In this document: in pieces, positions 27,748-37,486 of the stretch | Numbering within the stretch: position 1 is the stretch's first letter | Layout: the number at the start of each line of letters is the position of its first letter | Origin: a virus | Lineage: Duplodnaviria > Caudoviricetes | Length of the DNA stretch: 57,960 nt | Virus record (IMG/VR): IMGVR_UViG_3300046751_000386 | Location: 1 to 57,960 of that record | Strand: one strand, 5' to 3' | The notes under the pieces: model-generated | Seen by the model: only the letters and a program-made list of their open reading frames with translations | What the model was told of the DNA's origin: nothing | Databases searched by the model: none | Program-made: the position numbers and the translations under genes

Positions 27748-28784
27748 GTACAACCACTCAATATGTAGTCAATCGCCAAGACCCCGCGATTGAGGCTTAC
27801 CGTCTGGGTTTACTGGGCGATGTACAAGAATACATTAAAGGTCAGATTGAACGCGGCGACGCACCGCCTGACTATCAGGTTGCAGGGCTAAGTCCCGGTG
27901 AACAGGCTTCTATTGCCGCCGCCCAAACAGGCGTGGGCGCGTATCAGCCGTTCCTGACGCAGGGTTCGTCAACCGTGGATCAAGCCACGGGTTTAGTTGG
28001 AGATCAGGCCACCGGATATATGGGTGACGCCTCGACGGCGTTGCAAAGCGGTATTGGTGCTTTGGCTGGTACTGGGGCTATGTATGACCCCAACAGTTAC
28101 CAAGACTTTATGAACCCTTACGAAGATCAGGTAATTGACAACACTCTGGCGGACATTCGTCGTCAGGGTGACATAGCGCAGCGGGGCGTTGCGGCTCAAG
28201 CGGTAGGTTCTGGAGCGTTTGGTGGTTCTCGCGGTCAGATTGCACAGTCTGAGCTAGACCGAAACGTTATGAAGCAACAGGCAGACACGGCGGCGCAAAT
28301 GCGGGCGGCAGGTTTTCAGAATGCGCAGCAAGCTGCGATGAATGCGTTTGAGTCTGGTATGGGTAGACAGCAACAGTTGGGCCAGCTTACCGGACAGATA
28401 GGCGCGGGCCTCGGCTCCTTGGGCGCACAAACAGGTGCGTTGGGTCAACAGTTAGGCGGGCTTGGTATACAGCAAGCGGGCTTGGGTGAGATGGGCACAA
28501 ACCTGAATACTCAAGACATACAGAACCTAATGACTACGGGTGCCACGGAGCGCGGTGTTAATCAAGCGGGCTTGGATGCTCTGCGTCTGACTAACTTGCA
28601 GCGTTATACACAGCCTTATCAACAGTATGGCTTCTTGTCAGATATTTACTCTGGCACACCAACAGGGTCTTCAACGCTTACGGCGGCTTCGGCTCCGCAA
28701 GTTTCACCCTTCCAAACTGCAATGGGTTTGGGTATAAGTGGATTAGCCGCCGCATCAGGCGCACAACGGGCGGGGTTATTTTAA
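27744..28784 (+). CDS. Gln/Gly/Ala-rich internal virion (pilot-like) protein
   Basis: MNPY..QVID, GAFGGSR and glycine-zipper segments. Confidence 0.7.
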   Translation: MSTTTQYVVNRQDPAIEAYRLGLLGDVQEYIKGQIERGDAPPDYQVAGLSPGEQASIAAAQTGVGAYQPFLTQGSSTVDQATGLVGDQATGYMGDASTALQSGIGALAGTGAMYDPNSYQDFMNPYEDQVIDNTLADIRRQGDIAQRGVAAQAVGSGAFGGSRGQIAQSELDRNVMKQQADTAAQMRAAGFQNAQQAAMNAFESGMGRQQQLGQLTGQIGAGLGSLGAQTGALGQQLGGLGIQQAGLGEMGTNLNTQDIQNLMTTGATERGVNQAGLDALRLTNLQRYTQPYQQYGFLSDIYSGTPTGSSTLTAASAPQVSPFQTAMGLGISGLAAASGAQRAGLF

Positions 28785-31700
28785 ATGATGAATCGTAGCG
28801 TAATGAAGCGTCAGATGTTTAACCGCGGCGGAGCGGCCTCGTTTCCTGATCTGAGCGGTGACGGAAAAGTCACTAGAAAAGATATTTTGATGGGCCGAGG
28901 CGTACAAGGCTTGGCAATGGGCGGTCAACCTATGATGCCGCCCGCAGCGCCACCACCAATGGCACCTCCTATGGGAGCAGAGCAAGCTCTCGCGGGCGCG
29001 GAGATGCAGGGCCAAGAGATGGGCATGATGGCAGCGGAAGGCGTTATGCAGCAAATTGACGGCGCTCAAGATTACGAAAGCTTGATCGACGGAATACGCG
29101 GCAACCAACAGCCCCTTCAAGCGCGGTACGCGGAACTTGGTAGTATTGTTGGTCAGCAAGACGCTATGCAGACGCCCGAGTCGGTTTTGGCACTAACGCA
29201 ACCAGCCATTATGATGACGGAAGAGGGAGCGGTTAACAGCGGCATTGGTGAGCTAATGCAGGGCATAGCCGGAGATACTTCGATGGCAGGTCAGATGGGG
29301 GAGGGCGTCGGTGGTTTGATGATGGCCCAATCGCCGGAGCCCGCGATGGAAGCTCCCATGATGGAGGCGGGCAACACTCCCCCCGTAAATTTTAGGCAGG
29401 GTGGGCCGGTAGAGGTCCGAGGATACCAAGACGGAGAAGAAGTTAAAGCTGGCGGAGGACAATCCCTCAATCCTGTTATAACGCAAGCAAAACGTGATGC
29501 TTCAGCGTACCAAGATTACTTTGCGGGCGCTATGGACAGGGAAGCGCGGGCCGCGGACCTTGAAGAACAACGTAGAATGTCACAAGCGCAAATGCTGTTT
29601 GATATTGCTCAAGCGGGTCTGCAGTTTGCAGGTACTACTGAAGGCGGCTCTATAGCGGAGCGTCTGGCAAATGCGGCTGCGCAAACACAACTTCCGCAGC
29701 GGATCGGGGAACGTGCCGCAGGTATGATGGCTGCGAAACGAGAACAACGCGCCGAGGATCGTCAGATGCGTATGGCGGGTCTACAGGCCAGCCTTCAACA
29801 GTCGATTGCAGACAAAACTGCGGCAGACGAGTTGGCTTTAGCTCAAGCAAAAGTAAAACCAACGGCTGCGGACCGTCAGACTTTATACAGAGTTACGGCT
29901 GATGGAAAAGGTTTAACTGGTGGATTTAAAACGTTTGATTTAACGAACGATGCAGAAAAAGCTGCGTATGATAAGGCTTCAGGTAGCGGAAATTATCGAA
30001 CAAAAGACACTGCGGGACCTCTTTTAGAAGCCTTTACGGGAGAACTTGTTGGTTTAGACCTTACTAAGGTTGTAGCTAAACAACCTATGCAAGTAGATGG
30101 AGTTGATTATGCAGTAGGCGAAGTAGCTTACCTATCAAAGAGAGAACAAGGCGAACAACGTGGGAAATGGGATTTAATTGACGCTGACGTTAAGCTAACA
30201 ACGCTCTATAAAAAAGGCGAACAACCAAAAACTGTTTTAATGGGTCAACCAAATTCTGCAAAACGCGTTAAGGAGCTTTTGGACAAAGGTTGGAACCAAA
30301 GCGAAATCGCTACTCAAACCGCCGCAACGATTGAAATCGAACAGTTTAAAAACAAAAACCGTGTTTCCGCTGCCGAGAAACTGGCGGAGGTTGGTCTTAA
30401 CCTACTGGAAATTCGTGAGAAGGGTGCGGATCTTCGTCAAAAACGCGGACTTATTGCAACCGAGGAACAAAACCGCGCAGCATTTAACTACTCCAAAGCT
30501 TTACAGGATGACCAACAGTTGTTTACCACGGGTCGGGATCAAACTCTGCAAGGTTACAAAGAGTCGTTGGCAACAGATTTGGCTGAAACTAACCGTGCCA
30601 TGCAGAACCTTAAAAACATGCAGGGTCGAGGTGTGGAGCGGTTACGGGCGACCTTGGCAGAGCGCAGAGACAAGGCTCAAGCTCAATTAGACCAGACTAA
30701 CGCTCTGGAAATGTTTGATGTTAAAAGTCTGCATGACATACGAACAGCAACAACTGCATTTGACCGACAAAAAGAGTATGCGAGATACTCTGACGCGTTG
30801 AGACTTGTTCGAGAAACTGCAACAGAGGGTCGGTTAGAACTGGCTGCAATACGGGCAGAAGATAGAGCTAATGATCGAACACTGGACGAAGAGTCCCGAG
30901 CGTTATCGCGAATATTAGCTGAAGAGATACGTGCGGAATCCGCTTTAAACCGACAGCTTGATAAAGTTGCCGCAATGGAAGAGGACTCTACTATAGGGGC
31001 GGAGCAACGGGCACTTGCTAGACAGTTGGCGCAAGAAAAACGCGACGAGTTGGCAAAAAAGCGTCAAGAAATACGGGATCAAGGTTATGATATCGCTGCG
31101 GAAAAACGTCTACTTCTTACTACTATTGGTGCAGAGGAACGTGCCCTTGGTCGAGAAAACGCTCTTTGGGCTAAAAACCGTTCAGCGCAACTGTCGGACA
31201 TTATTGCTCGTACAGAAAGAGAACTTTTAGAAGAAAAACGTTTGCGCGGATATGATTTAGATGACGCTGCGCAACAAGAGCTTTACTGGAAAACTCGTCA
31301 AAAGATTGAAAACGAATACGCGATAGACGCGGAACAACGGGCTTTGGGCAGAGACTTAGCTAAAGAAGACCGTGTAAGGATAGCAGAAAGAACTCGGTTT
31401 GAACGGGACGTTGCGGCTCAAATTGAAAAAGAACTTCGTGCAGTACAAAATCGCGATAACATCCTTGTAAAAGAAATTGACGGTCAGCTTGTTCGCGTAG
31501 ACAAATCCACGGGAGAAGCTTTGGCGGTTTATGGAACAGCAAAACTTCCTGACCCTGAATATCGTGTGTTTACGTTGCCCAACGCCAACGGTGTTTTAAC
31601 CAAAACGGTTGCAGATATCTCCGGTCCTCGCGGAAAATCTTTGTTAGAGCAAGTTAACCAAGCTACCGAGGCGGGCATTGCTGGCGCGTCTATGCAAAAA

Positions 31701-32540
31701 GTGACTACGCAAAGCACCGCGGTCCGCGGGTTTGTAATTCCTAATGAGGGTGTGGTAACTTCTTACGACGGCGTGACATATGTTAACCATGCTGGAGAAA
31801 TTAAAAATCTTCAAGATGCCGAAGGGGTCTATGAGGTTAACAACTCTGTAGCAAACGAGGTTAACAAACAAGAAAAATACGCCGCTACGGCTATTAGAAA
31901 GTTGAAAGAAATTGACGCGGCGCTGGTTCAAGGCATGTCTGTTCCCACCTACGACGCGGCTGGAAACGTTAACGGAAGTAGAATGCTTGACCCTAATGAA
32001 GCAGGGCAGACAGTGGATGCTTACGCCGCAGCGCGGTCTGGTACAGGCTTCTGGTCAAAGGTCGGCGCAGGATTAAACGCAGTGTTGTCTGCAATTCCCG
32101 GTTCTGAAGATGCCTTTAGGGATTACTTTAAAGAAACGACAGACGCGAGACAGTTTGTTAAAATGGTTCGTGTCATGGGTCGATCCGCGTTATCTTCGTC
32201 CCCGAGATTTGCGGTAAGTGACCTTGTAACTACAGAAAAATTGTTTCCAAATGAAGAAGCCTTGTTCAGTAACCCTAAGACAGAGGCGGACAAGCTGGTT
32301 ACTATTGACAGGTATTTAACCGAGGAAAAACAACGTTTGTTAGGATTGTTTGCTCGTAACGAACCTATGGATAAATCTACTCGAACCATATATTCTCAAA
32401 AAATATCTGAGATTGAAAAACTGCAAAACATTTTAGGTCCAATCGTGACTACGGATCAAAGCGCCGCAGCCGCCGTTAATTATGGCGCGGCTCAAGACAT
32501 GATGCGACAAAGCGTGACAGGCGGCGATAAAGAGGATTAA
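28785..32540 (+). CDS. Large coiled-coil internal virion/ejection protein
   Basis: 1251 aa; long charged helical repeats; N-terminal EF-hand-like loop. Confidence 0.7.
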   Translation: MMNRSVMKRQMFNRGGAASFPDLSGDGKVTRKDILMGRGVQGLAMGGQPMMPPAAPPPMAPPMGAEQALAGAEMQGQEMGMMAAEGVMQQIDGAQDYESLIDGIRGNQQPLQARYAELGSIVGQQDAMQTPESVLALTQPAIMMTEEGAVNSGIGELMQGIAGDTSMAGQMGEGVGGLMMAQSPEPAMEAPMMEAGNTPPVNFRQGGPVEVRGYQDGEEVKAGGGQSLNPVITQAKRDASAYQDYFAGAMDREARAADLEEQRRMSQAQMLFDIAQAGLQFAGTTEGGSIAERLANAAAQTQLPQRIGERAAGMMAAKREQRAEDRQMRMAGLQASLQQSIADKTAADELALAQAKVKPTAADRQTLYRVTADGKGLTGGFKTFDLTNDAEKAAYDKASGSGNYRTKDTAGPLLEAFTGELVGLDLTKVVAKQPMQVDGVDYAVGEVAYLSKREQGEQRGKWDLIDADVKLTTLYKKGEQPKTVLMGQPNSAKRVKELLDKGWNQSEIATQTAATIEIEQFKNKNRVSAAEKLAEVGLNLLEIREKGADLRQKRGLIATEEQNRAAFNYSKALQDDQQLFTTGRDQTLQGYKESLATDLAETNRAMQNLKNMQGRGVERLRATLAERRDKAQAQLDQTNALEMFDVKSLHDIRTATTAFDRQKEYARYSDALRLVRETATEGRLELAAIRAEDRANDRTLDEESRALSRILAEEIRAESALNRQLDKVAAMEEDSTIGAEQRALARQLAQEKRDELAKKRQEIRDQGYDIAAEKRLLLTTIGAEERALGRENALWAKNRSAQLSDIIARTERELLEEKRLRGYDLDDAAQQELYWKTRQKIENEYAIDAEQRALGRDLAKEDRVRIAERTRFERDVAAQIEKELRAVQNRDNILVKEIDGQLVRVDKSTGEALAVYGTAKLPDPEYRVFTLPNANGVLTKTVADISGPRGKSLLEQVNQATEAGIAGASMQKVTTQSTAVRGFVIPNEGVVTSYDGVTYVNHAGEIKNLQDAEGVYEVNNSVANEVNKQEKYAATAIRKLKEIDAALVQGMSVPTYDAAGNVNGSRMLDPNEAGQTVDAYAAARSGTGFWSKVGAGLNAVLSAIPGSEDAFRDYFKETTDARQFVKMVRVMGRSALSSSPRFAVSDLVTTEKLFPNEEALFSNPKTEADKLVTIDRYLTEEKQRLLGLFARNEPMDKSTRTIYSQKISEIEKLQNILGPIVTTDQSAAAAVNYGAAQDMMRQSVTGGDKED

Positions 32541-32551
32541 GCGGGGCACAC

Positions 32552-35500
32552 ATGGCGGAAGAACAACAAGTTTCTGGGGAAAAACAGGCGGGGCCCGCAG
32601 CGAAAGTGGTTCCGGCGCACCTTACTTTTAGTAAGGAAGAGTTTGATAATCAAATGGAATCGTTTAACGGCAACATCCCTCAGTTTGCTGCTAACATGTC
32701 CGCTGTTTTACAGGAACAATATAAAGACCCTGAGTTTTTAACGTACCAAGGTTTAAAGGACGGCACCGCCCCTGTATTTAATTTGTTCCCTAGTTATAAA
32801 AACGTTTCTCCTCAAGACAGGCGCTTAACAGACGAACAGATTGTCAGCCTTTTTGCTTTTGACACAGAAGGAAATCCAATACAGGCAGGAACTTTTTTAG
32901 AAGGTTTTTCGCGGGAACTTCCCGCTCAAGCGGCCTCTGTTCCCGGTTTTATGGGCGGGTTTTCTGCGGGTCAAAGCCTTGTGGCGGGTGTTCCCCCTGT
33001 CACTTTACCTACGGCGGCACTTCGATTTGGTGTACCTTTAATAACAGGCACCTTGGGGGCAATGACAACCTATGCTCTGGGCGAGAAAGTTACAGAGGCT
33101 ATTGCGGGCGAAGAAAAACCCATGCTTCCGGGTACTGCCGCAGCTTACGAAGCAGGTAAAACAACCGCTGGAGCATTAGCGTGGTTGCCCATGCCCTTTA
33201 TGATCCCACAAAAATTAAACTTTGGCGTTCAAGCCGTTGAAAGCATGTGGCGATACAAGGGTAAACAAATCCTTACTTCAGGAAAGGGAACAAACTTCGG
33301 CTTGAGAATGGCCCGTGGTCTTGAAAACACGGTGGGAAGTTTGGGCAGGGTTGCTCAAGAAGCTCCCAGCGCGTTTTTAAAAGCCGAGGTCGCGGCGGGA
33401 GCGGGGGCTACTTTAGGGGCTTACGGCGCTGAAACATATAAACCCGGAGACACAACAACTCGGCTAATTGCAGAATTTGCTGGAGGACTTTCGGTTCCAG
33501 TAACCAAAGCCGTTTTGTTTGAACGTATTCCCGCAATGAAAAATGCCTTAAAGGGTATGCTTAAATACGGAAAAGAGGGGAAAGCTCAAGACGCTGCAAT
33601 GGAGCTTGCAGGTAAAGGCACTAAGGAAATGCGCAGGCAGAATATAAACTATATTCTGGACCTTTTAGAAGACTCCGGTGAGGATGCCGATGCAGTTATA
33701 GCGGCGCTTTCTTCTAAAGAATTTGAGGGCATCTTACTTGACCCTGACACAGGTGACCCGATTGAGCTTACAGCAGCACTAAAGTCGGGTTCTCCAACAA
33801 TACTAGCGTTAGAAAAAGCTCTTGATCGTCTGTCTACGGGATTAGGTAAAGAGCGTGGTTCAGCCAATATACAAGCCACCAGAGCTTTAAGAAATTATGT
33901 TATGGCTATGTACGCTTCGGGAGACAAAGAGGCTTTAAGAAACGGAGCCGAGTTAGCCGAGCAAATATTTGAGGCCGACCTTACCAGTGGAATACAACAA
34001 GCTGTTGATAATACGTTTAACGCTTTCAACCGTGTAAAGGGCGGGGAATCTCCTGAGAGGCAGGCCGTTTTAGGTCGAAATCTCATGCAAGTTTTTGAGC
34101 AACGCTTTAAATTGGGAAGAGACAATGAACGTCGTTTGTGGCAACAAACCAACCGTAATGGCGAAATAACCACGTTTAGAAACCCTCGCGGTCAAGAAAT
34201 AGATGAGCCTAACTTTATGGCTTATTGGAAATCAGCGTTACCAACAACCCCCCGAGCGGCAGACCCAATAAAACGTGCGTTAAAAGATTTAGCGGGTTTT
34301 TATGATGATAAAATGCGCGACCTGTTCCCAGAGGCGGCGGATGCGGCGGATGCGGCGGCTACAGGTCCGTCACAAGCGCAAAGAAGTTTTGATTCAGCCT
34401 TTCTAAAGATACGAGGAACGCCATCTGAAGACACATACAATACCGTCATGGACTCAGTTAGGGGCATGGACCCAGAAACAGCTATGGCAGAGTTGGCTCA
34501 ACAAGCTGCGTCTAGGAGACGGTTAGGCCCACGATCTACTCAGTTAGCTAACGCTTTAGATCGTCAAAGAGAACTTATAGCCACGCGACTTAATGTGGGC
34601 GAGTTGGGGGATGCCCCTGCGATGCAAAGAGTGTCGCAAGAGGCGCTTAACAGAGCCCAACAACGTTTTGACGAAGCGGAACAGGCGTTTTTAAGCGAGG
34701 GCGGTGACGCAAGAGACGTTGCTTATTACACCCGTAGAATTGATTCTTTGTTAAATGATACTCCGGTTATTAACCAAAACAGAGATATTATCGGAGCGGA
34801 TATAGACCAGTTAAGAAGTGAAGGTCAAACGGCTTTAGCTGATGTAGTTGACAGCTACCTACAAAGTCGAGACTTAACTCTACAGGGACAAAGCCAACCT
34901 TCCGAAACCCGTGGCTCTGCAATGTCCGCGGCCCGTGCTGCGGCTTCCGACGGGTCTGAAGAAGCCGGAACACTTAGCGTCGTAGAATTGGTAGATATGC
35001 GAAGCACCGCAATAAACTTAGGACGACAGCTTGCGGCTGCGGGCGACAGCAATTCTGCTCGAATAGCTTACGGGTTTGCGGATGCGTTGTTAGATGATTT
35101 AGAAAGTTTTCCAGAAGGCGTGGACCCTGCATACGATACGGCGAGAGCTTACTCCCGAGCTTTTAATGACGCCTTTACTCGTACATTTGTTGGCGACGCA
35201 ATGGGTCTGAGCAAAACAGGTGCGCCCAAAGTTGCACCTGAAATGTTAGCAAACGACCTGTTTAACGCTGATGCAGGATATTTGCGGTCCCTTCAAATTG
35301 ACGGAATTGGCAAATTTGAAATAACGCAGGCTATGACAAATCTTGCAAACGAGTCCTCGGGAGAGTTGCGCCCTTTACTAGATGATATGTTAGAAACTTC
35401 AGTAAATCCCGACAATCAGATGTTGGATCAAAGAGCTTTGTCTCAGTGGATTTTTGAAAACGCGGGTTCTCTTGAGGCTTATCCAGAAGTTTTAAACAGG

Positions 35501-36871
35501 GTTAGAGACGCTGCAAGTTTGACAACCACTACCCGCGGCACTGTAGAATCCATTCTAAGAAACATACGATCTACAGCCAACATGTTTAACCCTGACACGG
35601 GAGAGGTTAATCCTGACACACTTAGAAAGTGGATGGCAAAACCGGAAAATGTAGATGTTTTGAACGCTATGCCTGCGTTAAAAGCAGATTTAGAAAACAG
35701 CGCCTCTGCAAATGTTGTTTTAAACGAACAAAATGCTGCTATGAAAGAACGCCGAGCGGAGGTTAAAAAACAAAGTTCGTTTATGGATTTATTGCCATCC
35801 GTTACAGAAAACCCCACTACAGCGTTTTCAAAGGCACTGGCTCGTAACAACAAAAACCCTATCGTAAAAGGCTTAAACCCTCTTTGGCAAGTGGTGAAAG
35901 ATGCCCCAGAAAATTGGACTACTCCTGACGGCGTTAATCACACCAAAGCTGATGCAATAGAGGGTTTTAGAAGTTCGTTATTAGAGTCCATTTTTACGAA
36001 AAATGGACAAACATCCCTGACGTTCAGTCCTCGGGCTGCGTTCGACGACCTGTTTTCTCCTATTCCAAACTCTCAAAACAAAATTACTGTTGCAGAATGG
36101 ATGGAGGAAAACGGTGTTATGCCTAAAGCCGACATTGAACGTATGCGACGTTTTATGGCGGAAATGGTAAAAATGGAGTCTTTTGCCGCAACAGGAGATA
36201 TAAACCTTCAGGACGTTGCTGAAAACGTTGGTCCTGCTATGGACTTTTATTTGCGTATTCAGGGTTCTAATTTAGGTGCAGGCGCTTCTGAAATGCTTGG
36301 TGGTGGGGGTAACGACCTTATTGCGCGGGGCGCTGGTTCTAAGCTCTTTAGAAACGCATACAACAAGGTTTTCTCTGCGATACCCGAAGAGTTGAAGATG
36401 GACAGTATGCAGGCCATGATGAAAGACCCTGAACTATTGGCAACGCTTTTAAAAAGAGGCCGGACGGAAAGAGAACAACTTAACATTGCAGGGCGTTTGG
36501 CTACACTCTTTGTTGAAAAAGGTCTTATACCTGCAACAACTAGCACGGCGAACTTCTTTCGTCGCCAAGCGCCCGCGATTGTTCGTGAGTCTACTGAGTC
36601 CGTTGTGGACAAAGAACCTAAGAAATATGGAACTGAGAGCCTTAATCTTCCTATTCCAGAAGAGCAATCATCCTTACAACTACCGAGTAGGGGGGTCCTC
36701 CCAGCCCCTGCTCCGGTGCCCAGCGGAGTCCAGACGGCTTCTGTTGACTCCGCTGGTAGCGGTATAAGTAGCATTGACATTAACAAAGCGCGACAGCTTT
36801 TCCCTAACGACATAACCTTCGCGGCCCGTGGCGGCGAGATGCGATCAGGCATAGGAGGATTATTCCGATGA
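32552..36871 (+). CDS. Large internal virion/ejection protein
   Basis: 1439 aa helical protein with hydrophobic Gly/Ala segments; position analogous to podovirus ejectosome genes. Confidence 0.7.
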   Translation: MAEEQQVSGEKQAGPAAKVVPAHLTFSKEEFDNQMESFNGNIPQFAANMSAVLQEQYKDPEFLTYQGLKDGTAPVFNLFPSYKNVSPQDRRLTDEQIVSLFAFDTEGNPIQAGTFLEGFSRELPAQAASVPGFMGGFSAGQSLVAGVPPVTLPTAALRFGVPLITGTLGAMTTYALGEKVTEAIAGEEKPMLPGTAAAYEAGKTTAGALAWLPMPFMIPQKLNFGVQAVESMWRYKGKQILTSGKGTNFGLRMARGLENTVGSLGRVAQEAPSAFLKAEVAAGAGATLGAYGAETYKPGDTTTRLIAEFAGGLSVPVTKAVLFERIPAMKNALKGMLKYGKEGKAQDAAMELAGKGTKEMRRQNINYILDLLEDSGEDADAVIAALSSKEFEGILLDPDTGDPIELTAALKSGSPTILALEKALDRLSTGLGKERGSANIQATRALRNYVMAMYASGDKEALRNGAELAEQIFEADLTSGIQQAVDNTFNAFNRVKGGESPERQAVLGRNLMQVFEQRFKLGRDNERRLWQQTNRNGEITTFRNPRGQEIDEPNFMAYWKSALPTTPRAADPIKRALKDLAGFYDDKMRDLFPEAADAADAAATGPSQAQRSFDSAFLKIRGTPSEDTYNTVMDSVRGMDPETAMAELAQQAASRRRLGPRSTQLANALDRQRELIATRLNVGELGDAPAMQRVSQEALNRAQQRFDEAEQAFLSEGGDARDVAYYTRRIDSLLNDTPVINQNRDIIGADIDQLRSEGQTALADVVDSYLQSRDLTLQGQSQPSETRGSAMSAARAAASDGSEEAGTLSVVELVDMRSTAINLGRQLAAAGDSNSARIAYGFADALLDDLESFPEGVDPAYDTARAYSRAFNDAFTRTFVGDAMGLSKTGAPKVAPEMLANDLFNADAGYLRSLQIDGIGKFEITQAMTNLANESSGELRPLLDDMLETSVNPDNQMLDQRALSQWIFENAGSLEAYPEVLNRVRDAASLTTTTRGTVESILRNIRSTANMFNPDTGEVNPDTLRKWMAKPENVDVLNAMPALKADLENSASANVVLNEQNAAMKERRAEVKKQSSFMDLLPSVTENPTTAFSKALARNNKNPIVKGLNPLWQVVKDAPENWTTPDGVNHTKADAIEGFRSSLLESIFTKNGQTSLTFSPRAAFDDLFSPIPNSQNKITVAEWMEENGVMPKADIERMRRFMAEMVKMESFAATGDINLQDVAENVGPAMDFYLRIQGSNLGAGASEMLGGGGNDLIARGAGSKLFRNAYNKVFSAIPEELKMDSMQAMMKDPELLATLLKRGRTEREQLNIAGRLATLFVEKGLIPATTSTANFFRRQAPAIVRESTESVVDKEPKKYGTESLNLPIPEEQSSLQLPSRGVLPAPAPVPSGVQTASVDSAGSGISSIDINKARQLFPNDITFAARGGEMRSGIGGLFR

Positions 36872-37476
36872 ACAGAATGGAACAGGGCATAGCGTCCATA
36901 CCCCGACAGACCATGATCCGCGATCAGCCGCACATGCTGGCCTACATTACGCCCGCGGAAGCCATGCTTTTGAAACAGAACGGCGGATCGGGGCTCCCGA
37001 GCCACGGCGGCGTCCCTGAGTTTGGTGCCATAGGTGATTTCTTTAGTGCCATGAAGGACGACTTTATGATTGGCACTGGGATGAAAGACGACCCGGGTCC
37101 TACTCCCCGTGATGATATGTCGGGATTGCCTTCCGCTTACGAAAGACGCACTCAACAGCGTAAGGCCCAAGAACAAGACGCGATTGACAATTATTATTTG
37201 TACAAAGAAGACGACAAGCCGCAACCCGTTCAAATCGCGCAACCCATGTACCGTCCGCCAGAGCCCGTGAACGTCGCGCCGCCGACGATGACACCGATTA
37301 GTTCTGGTCAGCCAAGAGTGCCCGTAAATACGGATGATCCTGTATTTGTGGGGCGTCCCGTACCACCGTCCGATATTATAGCGCGTCCTCCTGCTATGCC
37401 TATTGGACAGCGGCCCGCGAACAAAGCCTACACCTTCCAAGAACTGTTGGGCATGTACCAGAACCCTTACGCGTAG
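36868..37476 (+). CDS. Pro-rich internal virion protein
   Basis: RBS AGGAGG; HMLAYITPAEA..LK..GGSG...GVPEF domain. Confidence 0.7.
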   Translation: MNRMEQGIASIPRQTMIRDQPHMLAYITPAEAMLLKQNGGSGLPSHGGVPEFGAIGDFFSAMKDDFMIGTGMKDDPGPTPRDDMSGLPSAYERRTQQRKAQEQDAIDNYYLYKEDDKPQPVQIAQPMYRPPEPVNVAPPTMTPISSGQPRVPVNTDDPVFVGRPVPPSDIIARPPAMPIGQRPANKAYTFQELLGMYQNPYA

Positions 37477-37486
37477 GATTTGAGCT

